NCBI GenBank assembly: GCA_030390025.1
Contig: CM059432.1
Coordinates: 103,976,001 to 104,040,000 of the forward strand
DNA from: Squalus acanthias
Lineage: Eukaryota
Direction of reading: 5' to 3'
Length of the DNA: 64,000 bases
Shown: one piece after another, positions 24,482 through 36,753 of the stretch
Layout: every line of letters starts with the position of its first letter
Position numbering within the stretch: the first letter of the stretch is position 1
Position numbers and translations under genes: made by a program
Notes under the pieces: model-generated
Told to the model about the DNA's origin: nothing
The model's database searches: none
What the model saw: only the letters and a program-made list of their open reading frames with translations

Positions 24482-24926
24482 GCCAGTGGCTCAGTGCCTC
24501 TGAGTCAGAAGGTTGTGGGTTCAAGTCCCACTCCAGAGACTTGAGCACGAAAATCTAGGCTGACACTCCAATGCAGTACTGAGGGAGTGCTGCACTGTCA
24601 GAGGTGCCGTCTTTCGGATGAGACGTTAAACCGAAGCCCCGTCTGCTCTCTCAGGTGGATGTAAAAGATCCCATGGCACTATTTCGAAGAAGAGATGGGG
24701 AGTTATTCCCGGTGTCCTGGCCAATATTTATCCCACAATCAACATAACTAAAACAGATTATCTGGTCATTATCACATTGCTGTTTGTGGGAGCTTGCTGT
24801 GCGCAAATTGGCTGCCACGTTTCCTACATTACAACAGTGACTACCCTTCAAAAAGTACTTCATTGGCTGTAAAGCGCTTTGGTGGTTGTGAAAGGCGCTA
24901 TATAAATGCAAGTCTTTCTTTTCTTT
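24482..24926 (+). mobile_element. Near full-length Deu-domain SINE (SacSINE1-like)
   Basis: tRNA-like head with B box (ggttcaagtcc), Deu core (gtgccgtctttcggatgagacgttaaaccg...aaagatcccatggcact) and L2-type tail. Confidence 0.9.
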
Positions 24927-26496
24927 AGAACTGTTATAAAAAGTGCCAACAGAAGTCACACGGGCTATGTGATAAGTGGCACCCGTGTTATTTGCTGTTT
25001 TTCTCTGTGTGAATTCTCACCCTATTCTGAAAAGCTCTGCTAGCATCTGGAGATCATAAGTGCTTATGCACATGTATTATTCCACTGAACACACCCCTAG
25101 CCATTTTTTATTTTCATATCATAATATATACAGTTTTTCTTTATCCTTCATTTCTGACACTTCCCATAGGAGTTTTTGCCTTCTGCTATTACCATTAACT
25201 TTTCCTTATTGCCATTGCTGCAGCTGCTGTGCTCTATTGTGCTTCACTACATAACAGAATTTGTTTTTAACCATTCCAGTTGTTAAATTCAGAGATTGAA
25301 CAGTAAGACATATGAGTGAAACAAGAGAATGAGGAAAAGGAAATAAAACTAGGTTACAGATTTGTTTTCATTTATACTGACATTTAGAGTAGAGGGTGTA
25401 TAGTGAATTATGCATTCCTCGTAGTCAGATATCATGGAGCAGATGGGACATCAGTCAGGGACTAGCATCACATTATTATTTTCTTAAAAGATAAAGGCGA
25501 AGAAGGGTTCATGATTCCTCCAATAGGTTCCTTTCAGTATAGCACTGTGTAGATGCTGCACTTGTCAATCAACAGTGACCAAGTGTCATTCAGTGTCTCG
25601 AGCTCAACCTTTGGATTGGACCAGTCTAATTTTTCCCTTTAGGTGGATGGGATATTTAATAACAGGTGACCTCCCTCTTCTCTCCCAAGCCAAAAGGGTC
25701 ATTTACAAAGCCACTGATATGCAGTCTGCACAGAAAGATGGATGGAATTACTTTAATCCCCAAAGCACCAGTGAAAATCCCCAAATCCCCAAATCCTATG
25801 TAATACAAGAGAAATTTGAATGATTCAGTTACACAAATCAATGGCCCTAATTGTAAATGAATAGAATTGTGGAATTTAATCCCCAAACCATCAGTAAAAA
25901 TGTTGAAACCCCATAAAATAAAAACAGTGTTTGACTTATTCCATCACGATAAAGCAGTGTCCCTGATCATTTGCAAAAGTAAATTTTATCATATACACTC
26001 GTATTTGTATTATTTATGGAGGATGTGAGAGACGGTGCCTGCCATTTCTCCAGCAGTTACTATAGTAGTGCTGTTATTTTAAGATTATTTTAGGGTTCTC
26101 AAGATTCAATTAAAAAGAAATAACTTTCTTAAAGTTTTAACACATTACATACAGCAACAGCAGTGCAGCCTCTGCTAACCAACTCTATCTTCTCACTGGA
26201 GCAGTCTGCCTCAAACTGGTTGCCTGTTTGGTACACTGTCACATACTGCTTATTAAGGGAACGTCTCTAAATTACATACTCAAATGGATATGACACATTG
26301 ACAACTACTGAAGCAAAGTAACATTTATGAATGCTTATACTGCATGACAGCTAGAATTAATTAATAAAGTTTCAAAATATAATTTTTATATTACAAATTA
26401 AAGCTTCATGGCCCTATAAATGCTATATCTAAAAAAAACATGTATTTGTAGACTACTCTTCCAGTTCAAATTGTTACTAGTATCTATGTAATTAAA

Positions 26497-26630
26497 GAAT
26501 TTGCATTTATTTAGCGCCAATGAAGTACTTTTTGAAGTGTAGTCACTGTTGTAATGTAGGAAACACATCAGCCAATTTGCGCACAGCAAGGTCCCATAAA
26601 CAGTGATAAGGTAATGACCAGATAATCTGT
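26497..26630 (-). mobile_element. Deu-SINE 3' fragment, continuing at about 27317-27345 after the Penelope insertion
   Basis: Reverse complement of 24755-24875. Confidence 0.75.
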
Positions 26631-26631
26631 T

Positions 26632-27316
26632 GTATATTGTATTCGCTGCTCACGATGCGGTCTCCTCTACATTGGGGAGACCAAACGCAGATTGGGTGAC
26701 CGCTTTGCGGAACACCTTTGTTCAATCCGCAAGTGTGACCCCGAGATTCCGGTCGCCTGTCACTTTAATTCTCCGCTCCACTCCCACTCTGACCTCACCG
26801 TCCTCGGCCTCTTACACTGTTCCAATGAAGCTCAACATAAGCTCGAGGAACAGCACCTCATCTTTCGATTAGGCACTTTACAGCCTTCTGGACTCAACAT
26901 CAAGTTCAACAATTTCAGACCATAACCTCTGCCCCTATCTTTTTTCCATTTTTTTTTCTCTCTCACATGGCAGCTGTCGATCATTCTGTCATTGCCATTT
27001 ACACTTCATCTAGAGCCATCTTTTGTTTCTTAACTTGTCCCAGTACCTTGCACCATCATCCCTTTTGTCTTTTAATCTCTCCTGCCTTCCACCCTATCAC
27101 AGACCTTCCCTTTTGTTCTTTCCTCCCCTCCCCTGCCCCTACACTTGCTTAAAAACCTGTTCCATCTCCAACTTTTTCCAGTTCTGACGAAGGGTCATCG
27201 ACCTTTATACGTTAACTCTGTTTCTCTCTCCACAGATGCTGCCTGACCTGCTGAGTATTTCCAGCATTTTCTGTTTTTATTTCAGATTTCCAGCATCCGC
27301 AGTATTTTGCTTTTGT
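26632..27316 (+). mobile_element. Penelope-like element 3' part: GIY-YIG endonuclease and tail
   Basis: Open frame 26632-26925 VYCIRCSRCGLLYIGETKRRLGDRFAEH...VACHFN...LGTLQPSGLN. The tail has a decayed hammerhead core. Approximate TSD atctgtt. Confidence 0.9.
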
Positions 27317-27811
27317 ATCTGTTTTAATGATGTTGGTTGAGGAATAACTATGTAAGAAAGTTTTGAGACAGGAGAGTAAAGATGCCAGCAATGCACAAAC
27401 TGTAGTGGTACAACAGGGATGCCCATCCAGCAGAGAATGTGGAATCTCACAGTGGCACCCAATTGCTCTGAGGGGTGAGGGGGGACATGCTAGATCAGGC
27501 CAAAGATGTAAGTCAAGATTTTTTTTTTTTAACTATTCTCTCCCTCAATATAAGGCCCAAAACCAATTGGTTATCAATCCCTCTGGGATCGATTACCATT
27601 CAATATGTCCTTAGTGGGGCCCACTTGCAGCCCAGAGGGGCACTTATGCTTGCTCTCAGCAGACATGGGCACTGCTGAGCCTGTCGGAGGTGTATCTAGT
27701 GGGATTCCCAAGGCAGCCTAATAACGTCCCTAGACACACCCCAAAACTGCCTTCAGGATGTCGGGTAGGCAGAAGAAGCACCCACCCCATGCATCAGAAT
27801 TTGCTGGTAAC

Positions 27812-29541
27812 ATAGAAACATAGAAGATTGGAGCAGAAGTAGGCCATTCAGCCCCTCGAGCCTGATCCGCCATTTAATGAGATCATGGCTGATCATCCAA
27901 ATTCAGTACCCTGTCCCTGCTTTCTCCCCATATCCCTTGATCCCTTTAGCCTTAAGAAATATATCTAACTCCTTCTTGAATATATTTAATGAATTGGCCT
28001 CAACTGCCTTCTGTGGTAGAGAATTTCACAGGTTCACCACTCTCTGGGTGAAGAAATTCCTCCTCATCTCAGTCCTAAATGGCTTACCCCTTATCCTTAT
28101 ACTGTGACCTCTGGTTCTGGACTCCCCCGCCATCGGGAACATCCTTCCTGCATCTAGTCTGTCTAGTCCTGTTAGAATTTTATAAGTTTCAATGAGATCC
28201 CCTCTCATTCTTCTAAACTCTAGCGAATATAAGCCTAATCGACCCAATCTCTCTTCATATGTAATTCCTGCCATCCCAGGTATCAGTCTGGTGAATCTTC
28301 GCTGCACTCCCTCCATGGCAAGAACATCCTTCCTCAGATAAGGCGACCAAAACTGCACACAATACTCAAGGTGTGGTCTCACCAAGGCCCTGTACAACTG
28401 CAGCAAGACATCCTTGCTCCTGTACTCGAATCCTCTCGCTATGAAGGCCAACATACCATTTGCCTTCTTAACCGCCTGCTGCACCTGCATGCTTACCTTC
28501 AGCGACTGGTGCACAAGGACACCCAGGTCTCGTTGCACTTCCCCTTTTCCCAATCTATTGCCATTCAGATAATAATCTGTCTTCCTGTTTTTGCCACCGA
28601 AGTGGATAACCTCGCATTTATCCACATTATACTGCATCTGCCATGCATCTGCCCAATCACCCAACCTGTCCAAATCATACTGGAGTTTCTCTGCATCCTC
28701 CTCACAGCACACACTCCCACCCAGCTTTGTGTCATCTGCAAACTTGGAGATATTACATCTAGTTCCCTCGTCTAGATCATTAATATATATTGTGAATAAC
28801 TGGGGTCCTAGCACTGATCCCTGCAGTACCCCACTAGTCACTGCTTGCCACTCGGAAAAAGACCCGTTTATTCCAACTCTTTGCTTCCTGTCTGCCAACG
28901 AGTTCTCTATCCAAGTCAGTACCTTACCCCCAATCCCATGTGCTTTAACTTTGCACGCTAATCTCTTATGCGGGACCTTATCGAAAGCCTTCTGAAAGTC
29001 CAAATACACCACATCCACTGGTTCTCCCTTATCTATTTTACCAGTTACATCCTCAAAAAATTCCAGTAGATTAGTCAAGTATGATTTACCTTTTGTAAAT
29101 CCATGTTGACTTTGTCCGATCCTGTCACTGTTTTCCAAGTGCTCTGCTATTACATCTTTTATAATGGACTCTAGCATTTTCCCCACTACCGATATCAGGC
29201 TTACCGGTCTATAATTCCCCGTTTTCTCTCTCCCACCTTTTTTAAATAGTGGGGTTACATTAGCTACCCTCCAATCCATGGGAACTGTTCCAGAGTCTAT
29301 AGAATTTTGGAAGATGACCAGCAATGCATCTACTATTTCTAGGACCACTTCCTTAAGTACCCTAGGATGTAGATTATCAGGCCCTGGGGATTTATCGGCC
29401 TTCAATCCCGTCAATTTCCCTAACACCATTTCCCTACAAATACTGATTTCATTCAATTCCTCCCTCTCATTAGACCCTATGTTCCCCGACATCTCTGGGA
29501 GGTTATTTGTGTCCTCCTTTGTGAAGACAGAACCAAAGTAT
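27812..29541 (-). mobile_element. Young 5'-truncated CR1 with an almost intact RT frame
   Basis: 488-aa ORF 28026-29492, highly similar to ORF2 of 38978-43348. Probable TSD gtaac. Confidence 0.97.
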
Positions 29542-29577
29542 GTAACCTGAAGAAGCAGAAACTGGCAGATTCAGGTT

Positions 29578-30340
29578 ATACATAGGAACAGGAGTAGGCC
29601 ACTCAGTCCCTCATGATCCACCATTCAATGAGATCATAGCTGATCGGTATCTCAAATCCATTGACCCGCCTTTGCTCCATATCCTTTGACACCCTTACCA
29701 AACAAAACTCTATCTATCTCGGTCTTGAAAATTTCAATTGATCCAGCATCCACTGCCTTTTAGGGGAGAGAGTTCCTGATTTTCACTATCCTTTGTGTGA
29801 AAAAGTGCTTCCTGTGTCACTCCTAAATTGTTTAGCTCTAATTTTAAGATTATGCCCCCTTTTTGTGAATTCCCCCACCAGAGCAAATAGTTTCTCTGTA
29901 TCTTCCCTATCAAATCCCTTTATCATTTAAAACACATCAATTACATCACCCCTCTGCCTTCTTAGCTCAAGGAAATGCAAGTCAATTTTAGGCAGCCTGC
30001 CCTCATAATTTAACCCTTTAAGCCCCAGCATCATTATGGTGAATCTGTGCTATACCCCCTCCAAGGCCAATATATCCTTCCTGAGGTGAGGTGCAACTGA
30101 AGCATAACTTCCTCCCCTTTGTATTCCAGCCCCCTTGAGATAAAGGCCAACATTCCATTAGCCTTTTTGATTGCTTTTTGTACCTGTGTACAGCTTTTAG
30201 TGATTTGTGTAACTAGACACCCAAGTCCCTTTGCTCCTCCACATTTCCTACTCTCTTGCCACAAAGAAAACGTTCCACTTTGTCTTTCTTGGATCCAAAG
30301 TGGATAACCTCACACTTCTCCACATTGAACTCCATCCATT
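29578..30340 (-). mobile_element. Decayed CR1 3' fragment
   Basis: QVQKAIKKANGMLAFISRGLEYK motif. CR1 tail at the left end. Confidence 0.9.
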
Positions 30341-30901
30341 AAGAATTTGATATCCAATAATGTGAATTTCAGTTCATGCAAGTAATCATTTTTACCAGCC
30401 AAGACAGTTTATATAGGTTAGTAGTCAAGAGGTGAGTATATCCTTTTTTTTTAAATTGGATTTGAAAAAGAGTTGGTCAACAAGCCTAGCTCAGTGAATA
30501 ATATGCATTTGAACTTGTGACGATATGGAACAGGAGTTGCAGTTGATTATACAATCTGGAAAAGAGTTCTACAGCTCAGAGAAGTGTTGTGTAAAACTTC
30601 ACTACTGGTATTCTGCACAAAACCACAGAAGTTTATAGCACAGAAAAGGCTATTTAGCCCATTGTGTCTGTGTTGGCTCTATGCTAGAGCAGTCTAAAAC
30701 TAATTGCACTGCTCTGCTCTCTCCTCACAGGCCTGTATCTTCCTTAGCTTCAAATATTTATCCATGTTCCCCTTAAAAGATGCAATGATCTCTGCCTCAA
30801 CTATAGCTTGTGACAAAGCATTCCATGCCACAACAATTCTCTGCATAAAGACATTTATCCTAACCTCTCTCTTCACTCTTAGTAACAACTTTAGATTCAT
30901 T

Positions 30902-31504
30902 GAGGGAGAAATTCATTATAGCCCAGGAATGAGCGGTAACTTTTGAAAAGTTTGAGAACTAGTGCCAGGGGCTAATGCTTCAGACTGCACGCAAAATTAA
31001 GTCTCATTGCACAAAGAAAGGATTGGAGCGCTAAATCAAGCGCTAATGGCCTATCTCAGTGGCGTTAAACTCAAAGCACTGACCAATATCAGGTGCAGTC
31101 TAATCACAAGTCATCATTGCCACAGGCTCTTTCCAGTTCTTAAAGGGGAGGTTCATGGATGCTGCAGAACCTCATTCTCATCATTGCTGGCTGTGCAGCT
31201 GACTCATTATTCATGATCCCTTTAAGTAGCACCCCTGGAGCCAGCATCCACCTGCTTGATGCCTCGGGCGAGGCGCTAAGGCAGGAGACGACAATGAATT
31301 TTGCAGATCGGGTGCCCAGCGATCGTTGCATGCTCACTGACGTCACGATCTGCCTGGCGCTGAAGTCCCCAGCGGTAACTGTTAGCGGTGGCACTATGGG
31401 GGGGCTGAATTTGCCGTGCAGCGCTGGATTTGCCTCACCCGGCGCTACTGCATCAGCGCCCTGTTAACACCCCGCCAGGCACTAACCAACTGAATTTTTC
31501 CCCC
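30902..31504. mobile_element. PIF/Harbinger-type MITE
   Basis: TIRs GAGGGAGAAATTCA / TGAATTTTTCCCCC with TSD ATT. Shares cttaaagggga and tgacgtcacgatctgcc motifs with the Harbinger at 53135-58139. Confidence 0.75.
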
Positions 31505-31874
31505 ATTATCTCTTGTCACTGACTCACCAACCACTAGAAATAGTCTTTCCCTATTCATCTTATCAAAACCCTTCATAATTTAAAAATGCATATGCAATTT
31601 CCCTTTAGCCTTCCCTTTAGCCTTTTCTGCTTCAGCAGAAATAGTCTCGGTATCTCAAGTATCTCCTCCTAAAAATAGTTTTCATCTATCGTATCATCCT
31701 GATGAATCATTGTATGATTTCTATGTATTTAATATCATTTTACATTGGGTGTCCGAACTTGCACACAGTACTTTAACTGTGGGCTAACCATTGCTTTGTA
31801 CAAATTTATCATGACCTCTTTGTTCTTGTATTCTACACCCCCATTGGCATTTTTATTCCTTTATTTACCTGCAC

Positions 31875-32229
31875 TCCCTATCTCTGTAATCTCCTCCAGC
31901 CCTATAACCCTCTGAGATATCTGCGCTTCTCCAATTCTGGCCTCTTGAGCATCCACGATTTTCATCGCTCCACTATTGGTGGCCGTGCCTTCAGCTGCCA
32001 AGGCCCTAAGCTCTGGAATTCCCTTCTTAAACCTCTCCGCCTCGCTACCTCTCTTTCCTCCTTTAAGACGCTCCTTAAAACCTGTTTCTTTGACCAAGCT
32101 TTTGGCCATCTGCCCTAATGTCTCGTTATGTGGCTCGGTGTCAAATTTTGTTTGATAAAGCTCCTGTGAAGCGCATTGGGACATTTTACTACGTTAAAGG
32201 TGCTATATAAATATAAGTTGTTGTTGTTG
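31875..32229 (+). mobile_element. L2 LINE 3' fragment
   Basis: GGRAFSCQGPKLWNSL frame and gctatataaat...gttgttgttg tail. Confidence 0.9.
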
Positions 32230-33807
32230 GACTCACACTTTCAGGGAATTATGTATTTGAACCCCTAGGTTTCTCTGTTGATCCACATCCTTCGGTACCT
32301 TTCTCTTGAATGCATACTCCCATTACTTGTATTTCCTCCTAAAATGCATTATTTTACACTTCCACACATTAAAATGCATCTGCCATCTGTCCACCCTTTC
32401 TACTAACCTGTCTATATCCTTCTGCAGCCTTGCTGTTTGCTAAACCTCATACTTTTGTATCATCAGCAAATTTCCAATATCCTACTCTCTATGCCCAAGT
32501 TCAAATCATCTATATCAAGAACAAAAGATGGCCTACCACTGACCCTGGGGTACATCACTTCCAATCCTTCACTAATCCGTGGAAACCCTGTTAACCTTAA
32601 ATCTGTGTTTTTTTCTTTCTACCCAAGCTGCTACATTTCCTCTGCCATATGTCTGGATATTTGCAACAAGCCTTCTGTGAGACACCTTATTGAGCACATC
32701 TATTATGTTCCCTTTATCCTATCTATCACTTCTTCCAAAAACCCTATTAAACTTATCAAACATGACTTGCCTTTAACAAATCTATGCTTACTGTCCGTGA
32801 TTATCTCGCACGTTTCTAAATGCTCATTTGTTTGAATTTTGAATTATGGATTCTTTCCCACAACTGCTTTCAGACTAACTGGTCTACCAGGTTCATACAA
32901 TATATTGAGGTGCAGCTGCTGTGCCTCTTCCTGCTATATAAAGTGTAGAGCTCTGACTTCATCTGTAATGATTTTTGTGGTCATGATCTTAAAGAGAATT
33001 GGCAGCCTAGCCACATCTCTGCAATGTTGTAGAACATGGGCTCTGGCAAGAAGTAATTCATCTTCATCCAGTCTACTGGCCTTAATAGCTTTGGAGCATA
33101 CTGAGTCTAGAAGGGTTTGCTCTGCAGATTGCAGAATGAACATTTTCTAGTTTTCAATTTCTATTTCCAATTTAACCAGTGTGTATCTATCTCTTGATCT
33201 TACCTAAAATGTTGATTGTTCCGTTTTACAAAAAAAGCTTTGTAGGTCTCTTGCAGGTTAGAGGCATCAGCGGTTTAGTCAACATTGGAATAGATAAAGG
33301 TATTAGTTCTATTTTCCAGAAAGTTATGAAACTTTGTCCCTGTACTTTGCGTTCCCTCTGGGATTAACATGGGTGAAGTGATAGGCCTTAAGGTTATGTA
33401 CAACCGTAGAGTTTCTGAGTTGCAATACAACATAGACTAAAGTTTCCCTCTCAATTTAAGGTTATTCTGGCAGTACTTGGACAAGTGGCTGCAGAAAATA
33501 AGTCAAGCACCCATTACTCTGTATCCCTACACCATTTTTCTGTGTTCCTGTTTCCACAGTCATTTCTTCCAGTTGCTAGAAGCACCTGCCCAAATGTAAC
33601 CAGGGGGATTTAAATGAGGCGATAATGATGAGTGACATCATATGTCACTATGGTGGTCACTACTTATGCCACCATTCAACATGCATCCAACATTGCTTGA
33701 AGAAATGCAATGCCATTTAAAAGGCCAAGATAGGGGCATAAATTTCAGCTCAGTGAAGTGGCAATTCTACACTTGTAGACTTTGTAAGAACTTGTTAGAC
33801 TTAGAAA

Positions 33808-34110
33808 GGGCAACACGGTGGCATAGTGGTTAGCACTATTGCCTCACAGCGCCAGGGACCCGGGTTCGAATCCGGCCTCGGGTGACTGTCTGTGTGGAGT
33901 TTGCACATTCTCCCCGTGTCTGCGTGGGTTTCCTCTGGGTGCTCCGGTTTCCTCCCACAGTCCGAAGATGTGCGGGTTAGGTTGATTTGGCTATGATAAA
34001 TTGACCCTTAGTGTTAGGGGGATTAAATACGGGGATAGGGTGGGATATGTGTCGGTGCAGGCTCGATGGGCCGAAATGGCCTCTATCTGCCCTGTGGGGA
34101 TTCTGTGATT
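33808..34110 (+). mobile_element. HE1-type V-SINE (elasmobranch)
   Basis: A box tggcatagtgg, B box ggttcgaatcc, V domain tctgtgtggagtttgcacattctccccgtgtctgcgtgggtttcctc, and CR1-derived tail gatgggccgaaatggcct. Confidence 0.9.
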
Positions 34111-34728
34111 TGTCACTTCATCAGAGGCTGTCTGTCTCTTTAAGGTGGTGGAGGCCTCAATCTTCTCCAATAACAGTTATTTCCCTCCTCTTGCCACTTC
34201 CAAGTGCAAGCAAGGATACTGTTGGTAGCCCGCCAAACTTAGATAAATGTATCTGACACCAGGAAATTTACAGGTCCCTTTAAGGACAGCTGTTTTGACT
34301 GCTGTGTTACTGAGAAAACTGACCGCAGCATGCACAGCGCGTGCTGCCCTCAGTCACAATCCAATTTGGCAAAAGGATCTGAAACAGGTGTTAGGCTCCT
34401 TATCTGCATAGGTAATTGGCCTAATGGCTGTTCAAGGTGGACGCCCTGAACGACTACAGGGAGCCCTAACCAATAGGGCAAGTTGCGCAGTTCTGGCGCA
34501 GACCGAGTACGTGTACCCCGTGAATCCTTCAGTGCTGATTTCTTGATCGATAAATGGCTGCTATACAAACAAATTTCTCGGCTTCAGTCTTTTCTTACCA
34601 AAATTCAAAAAGTTCTACTGGAAAACAAACCGTATCATCTGGAAATTAGGGAGATAAGGGGTTGTATTTTGGGAGAAATTCAAAATGTACATTCCTTAAG
34701 ATTTTGGTAGATGTTGGACCCAGACATT

Positions 34729-35482
34729 GGGCCGTATTTTCTGATCGGAGGCTTCCCGCGTGTGGAAGCCTCCGATCTGGAAAAAATCTACGCACTTACC
34801 TGAGGGCTCCCGAGGTGCGTATAGTTCCGATGCTGGACCTCTCCAAGTGTGCAGGGCCTACGTATCCCAGGGGCGCATGCGGTTCGCAAGCGTCCCTGGG
34901 ATCACATGGGCCATGGGGAGCCAATCAAAGAAGGGAATCTCCCTTCATACACTTGACAGAGAGACCTGTCAAATATATGAATGGAGATCACCCCAAAAAC
35001 ACATCAAAACATTAAATAAATTTTAAAAAAACATCACATTTTAAAATTAGTTGAAATTACAATAAATTAAATATTTTAAACAAAAGTTTAACTTTTTGAA
35101 AAATATAATTAAAGTTTTTTACGGGGCTAAAAATAAACTTACCTTTTATAAAGTATTTATAAATGATAAATGACTGAATTTTTAAAATTTTTTTTACTTT
35201 TTTCAACTCTTATCCTGGTAAAAGCAGGCCTTATGCCTGCTTTTACCAGGCGTAAGAATTCTAAGGGTTTTCTGCGGGCGGAGGGGCTCCAGAAAGTGGA
35301 ACTATCCGCCCGCAGAGGCCCTTCTCCAGGGCAGCAGGAGGATCTGTCAAGAGCATTCTTGACAGATCGGAAATGCCAGTTTTCAGCGCATGCGCTGTGC
35401 ATGCCTGAAACTGGCATTTCCGATGTCCCTACGGGTGGGTACACAGCGCACACACACCCGTAGGGATCGGAATATCTGGGCC
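34729..35482 (-). mobile_element. MITE family A copy 3 (reverse orientation)
   Basis: Imperfect TIRs with flanks ATT/AAT. The AT-rich core and gcgcatgcgc block match the reverse complement of 1426-2185. Confidence 0.8.
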
Positions 35483-35674
35483 AATATGTAAATAATTGCA
35501 AATTAGACTGCAATGCAATAATCTTTTTGTACAGTGTCTTTGATCTTGGGTGATTGAAAAAAAAGAAAGACTTGCATTTATATTTGATAGTATTGTCTTT
35601 GAAGATCCAGAAATTGTATCAGAGCTATGGGTTTCTCCTATAATTTTCATTTCTAATGGGAGATCTGAACTCCA

Positions 35675-35848
35675 TGGGTATAATTTTCACTTTTAGTGAG
35701 TGTAAAATGGGTGACACTGGATCAGCCACTCATTATACACCTCACCCGACTTTCCTTTCCATTGATTTTAAAATCAGGCGGGGTGTATAACGGGCGGCCG
35801 ATCTGCTATCGCTTGTTCTACACTATCTCTGAAAGCTAAAATTTCCCC
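35675..35848. mobile_element. Short palindromic MITE
   Basis: gggtataattttcacttt ... aaagctaaaatttcccc with an inner inverted repeat ttatacacc/ggtgtataa. Confidence 0.55.
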
Positions 35849-35895
35849 ACAAGGATCAACACAAGAATCACATCAGCCGTATACAACATCACATC

Positions 35896-36753
35896 ATAAG
35901 AACATAAGAAATAGGAGCAGGAGTAGGCCATACAGCCCCTCGAGCCTGCTCCGCCATTCAGTAAGATCATGGCTGATCTTCAGCCTTAACTCCACTTCCC
36001 CGCCCAATCCCCATATCCCTTGATTCCCTTAGAGTCCAAAAATCTATTGATCTCAGCCTTGAATATACTAAACGATTGAGCATCCACAGCCCTTTGGGAT
36101 TGAGAATTCCAAAGATTCACAACCCTCTGAGTGAAAAGATTTCTCCTCATCTCAGTCCTAAATGGCTAACCCCTTCTTCTGAGACTACAACCCCTAGTTC
36201 TAGACTCTCCAAACAAGGGAAACAGCCTCTCAGCATCTCCCTTGTCAAGCTCTCTCAGAATCTTATATGTTCCAATGAGATCACCTCTCATTCTTCTAAA
36301 CTCCAGAAAGTATAGGCCCATTCTACTCAATCTCTCCTCATAGGACAACCCTCACATCCCAGGGATCAATCTAGTGAACCTTTGTTGCACCGCCTCTAAG
36401 GCAAGTTTATCCTTCCTTAGGTATGGAGACCAAAACTGTACACAGTACTCCAGGTGTAGCCGCACCAAAGCCCTGTACAATTGTAGCAAATCTTCTCTTG
36501 TACGCCGACCCCTTTGCATTAAAGGCAAACATACCATTTGCCTTCCTAATTGCTTGCTGTACCTGCATGCTAACTTTCTGTGTGTTATATACAAAGACAC
36601 CCAAATCCCTCTGAACACCAATATTTAATAGTTACTCACCATTTTAAAAATATTCTTATTTTCTATTCTTACTACCAAAGTGAATAACTTCACATTTCCC
36701 CAAATTATACTCCAGCTGCTACTTTCTTGCCCACTCACTTAACCAGTCTATAT
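35896..36753 (-). mobile_element. CR1 3' fragment
   Basis: ORFs 36166-36621 are the CR1 ORF2 C-terminus. Tail reads cataagaacataagaaataggagc. Confidence 0.95.

Larger units (their letters stand above)
30625..32885 (-). mobile_element. Old CR1 fragment interrupted by a MITE and an L2
   Basis: FMQRIVVAWNAL at 30700-30900 and RT remnants at 32230-32885. Confidence 0.75.

Noticed and set aside
25575..25886. Possible host exon (overlapping ORFs on both strands with acceptor-like sites)
   Set aside because: No recognisable protein similarity and no matched donor, so it cannot be supported.
32890..33500. Very old L1/Tx1-like ORF2 remnant (similar hints at about 34560-34700, 38520-38950 and 52620-52840)
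   Set aside because: Only vague residue patterns with many stops. It needs a profile-HMM search before any call.
33808..33880. tRNA gene
   Set aside because: A and B boxes are present, but they run directly into the V domain and a CR1 tail, so this is a SINE head.
34214..34520. Additional MITE-like GC-rich segment (also about 27690-27810 and 23460-23650)
   Set aside because: Termini and TSD could not be defined by eye.
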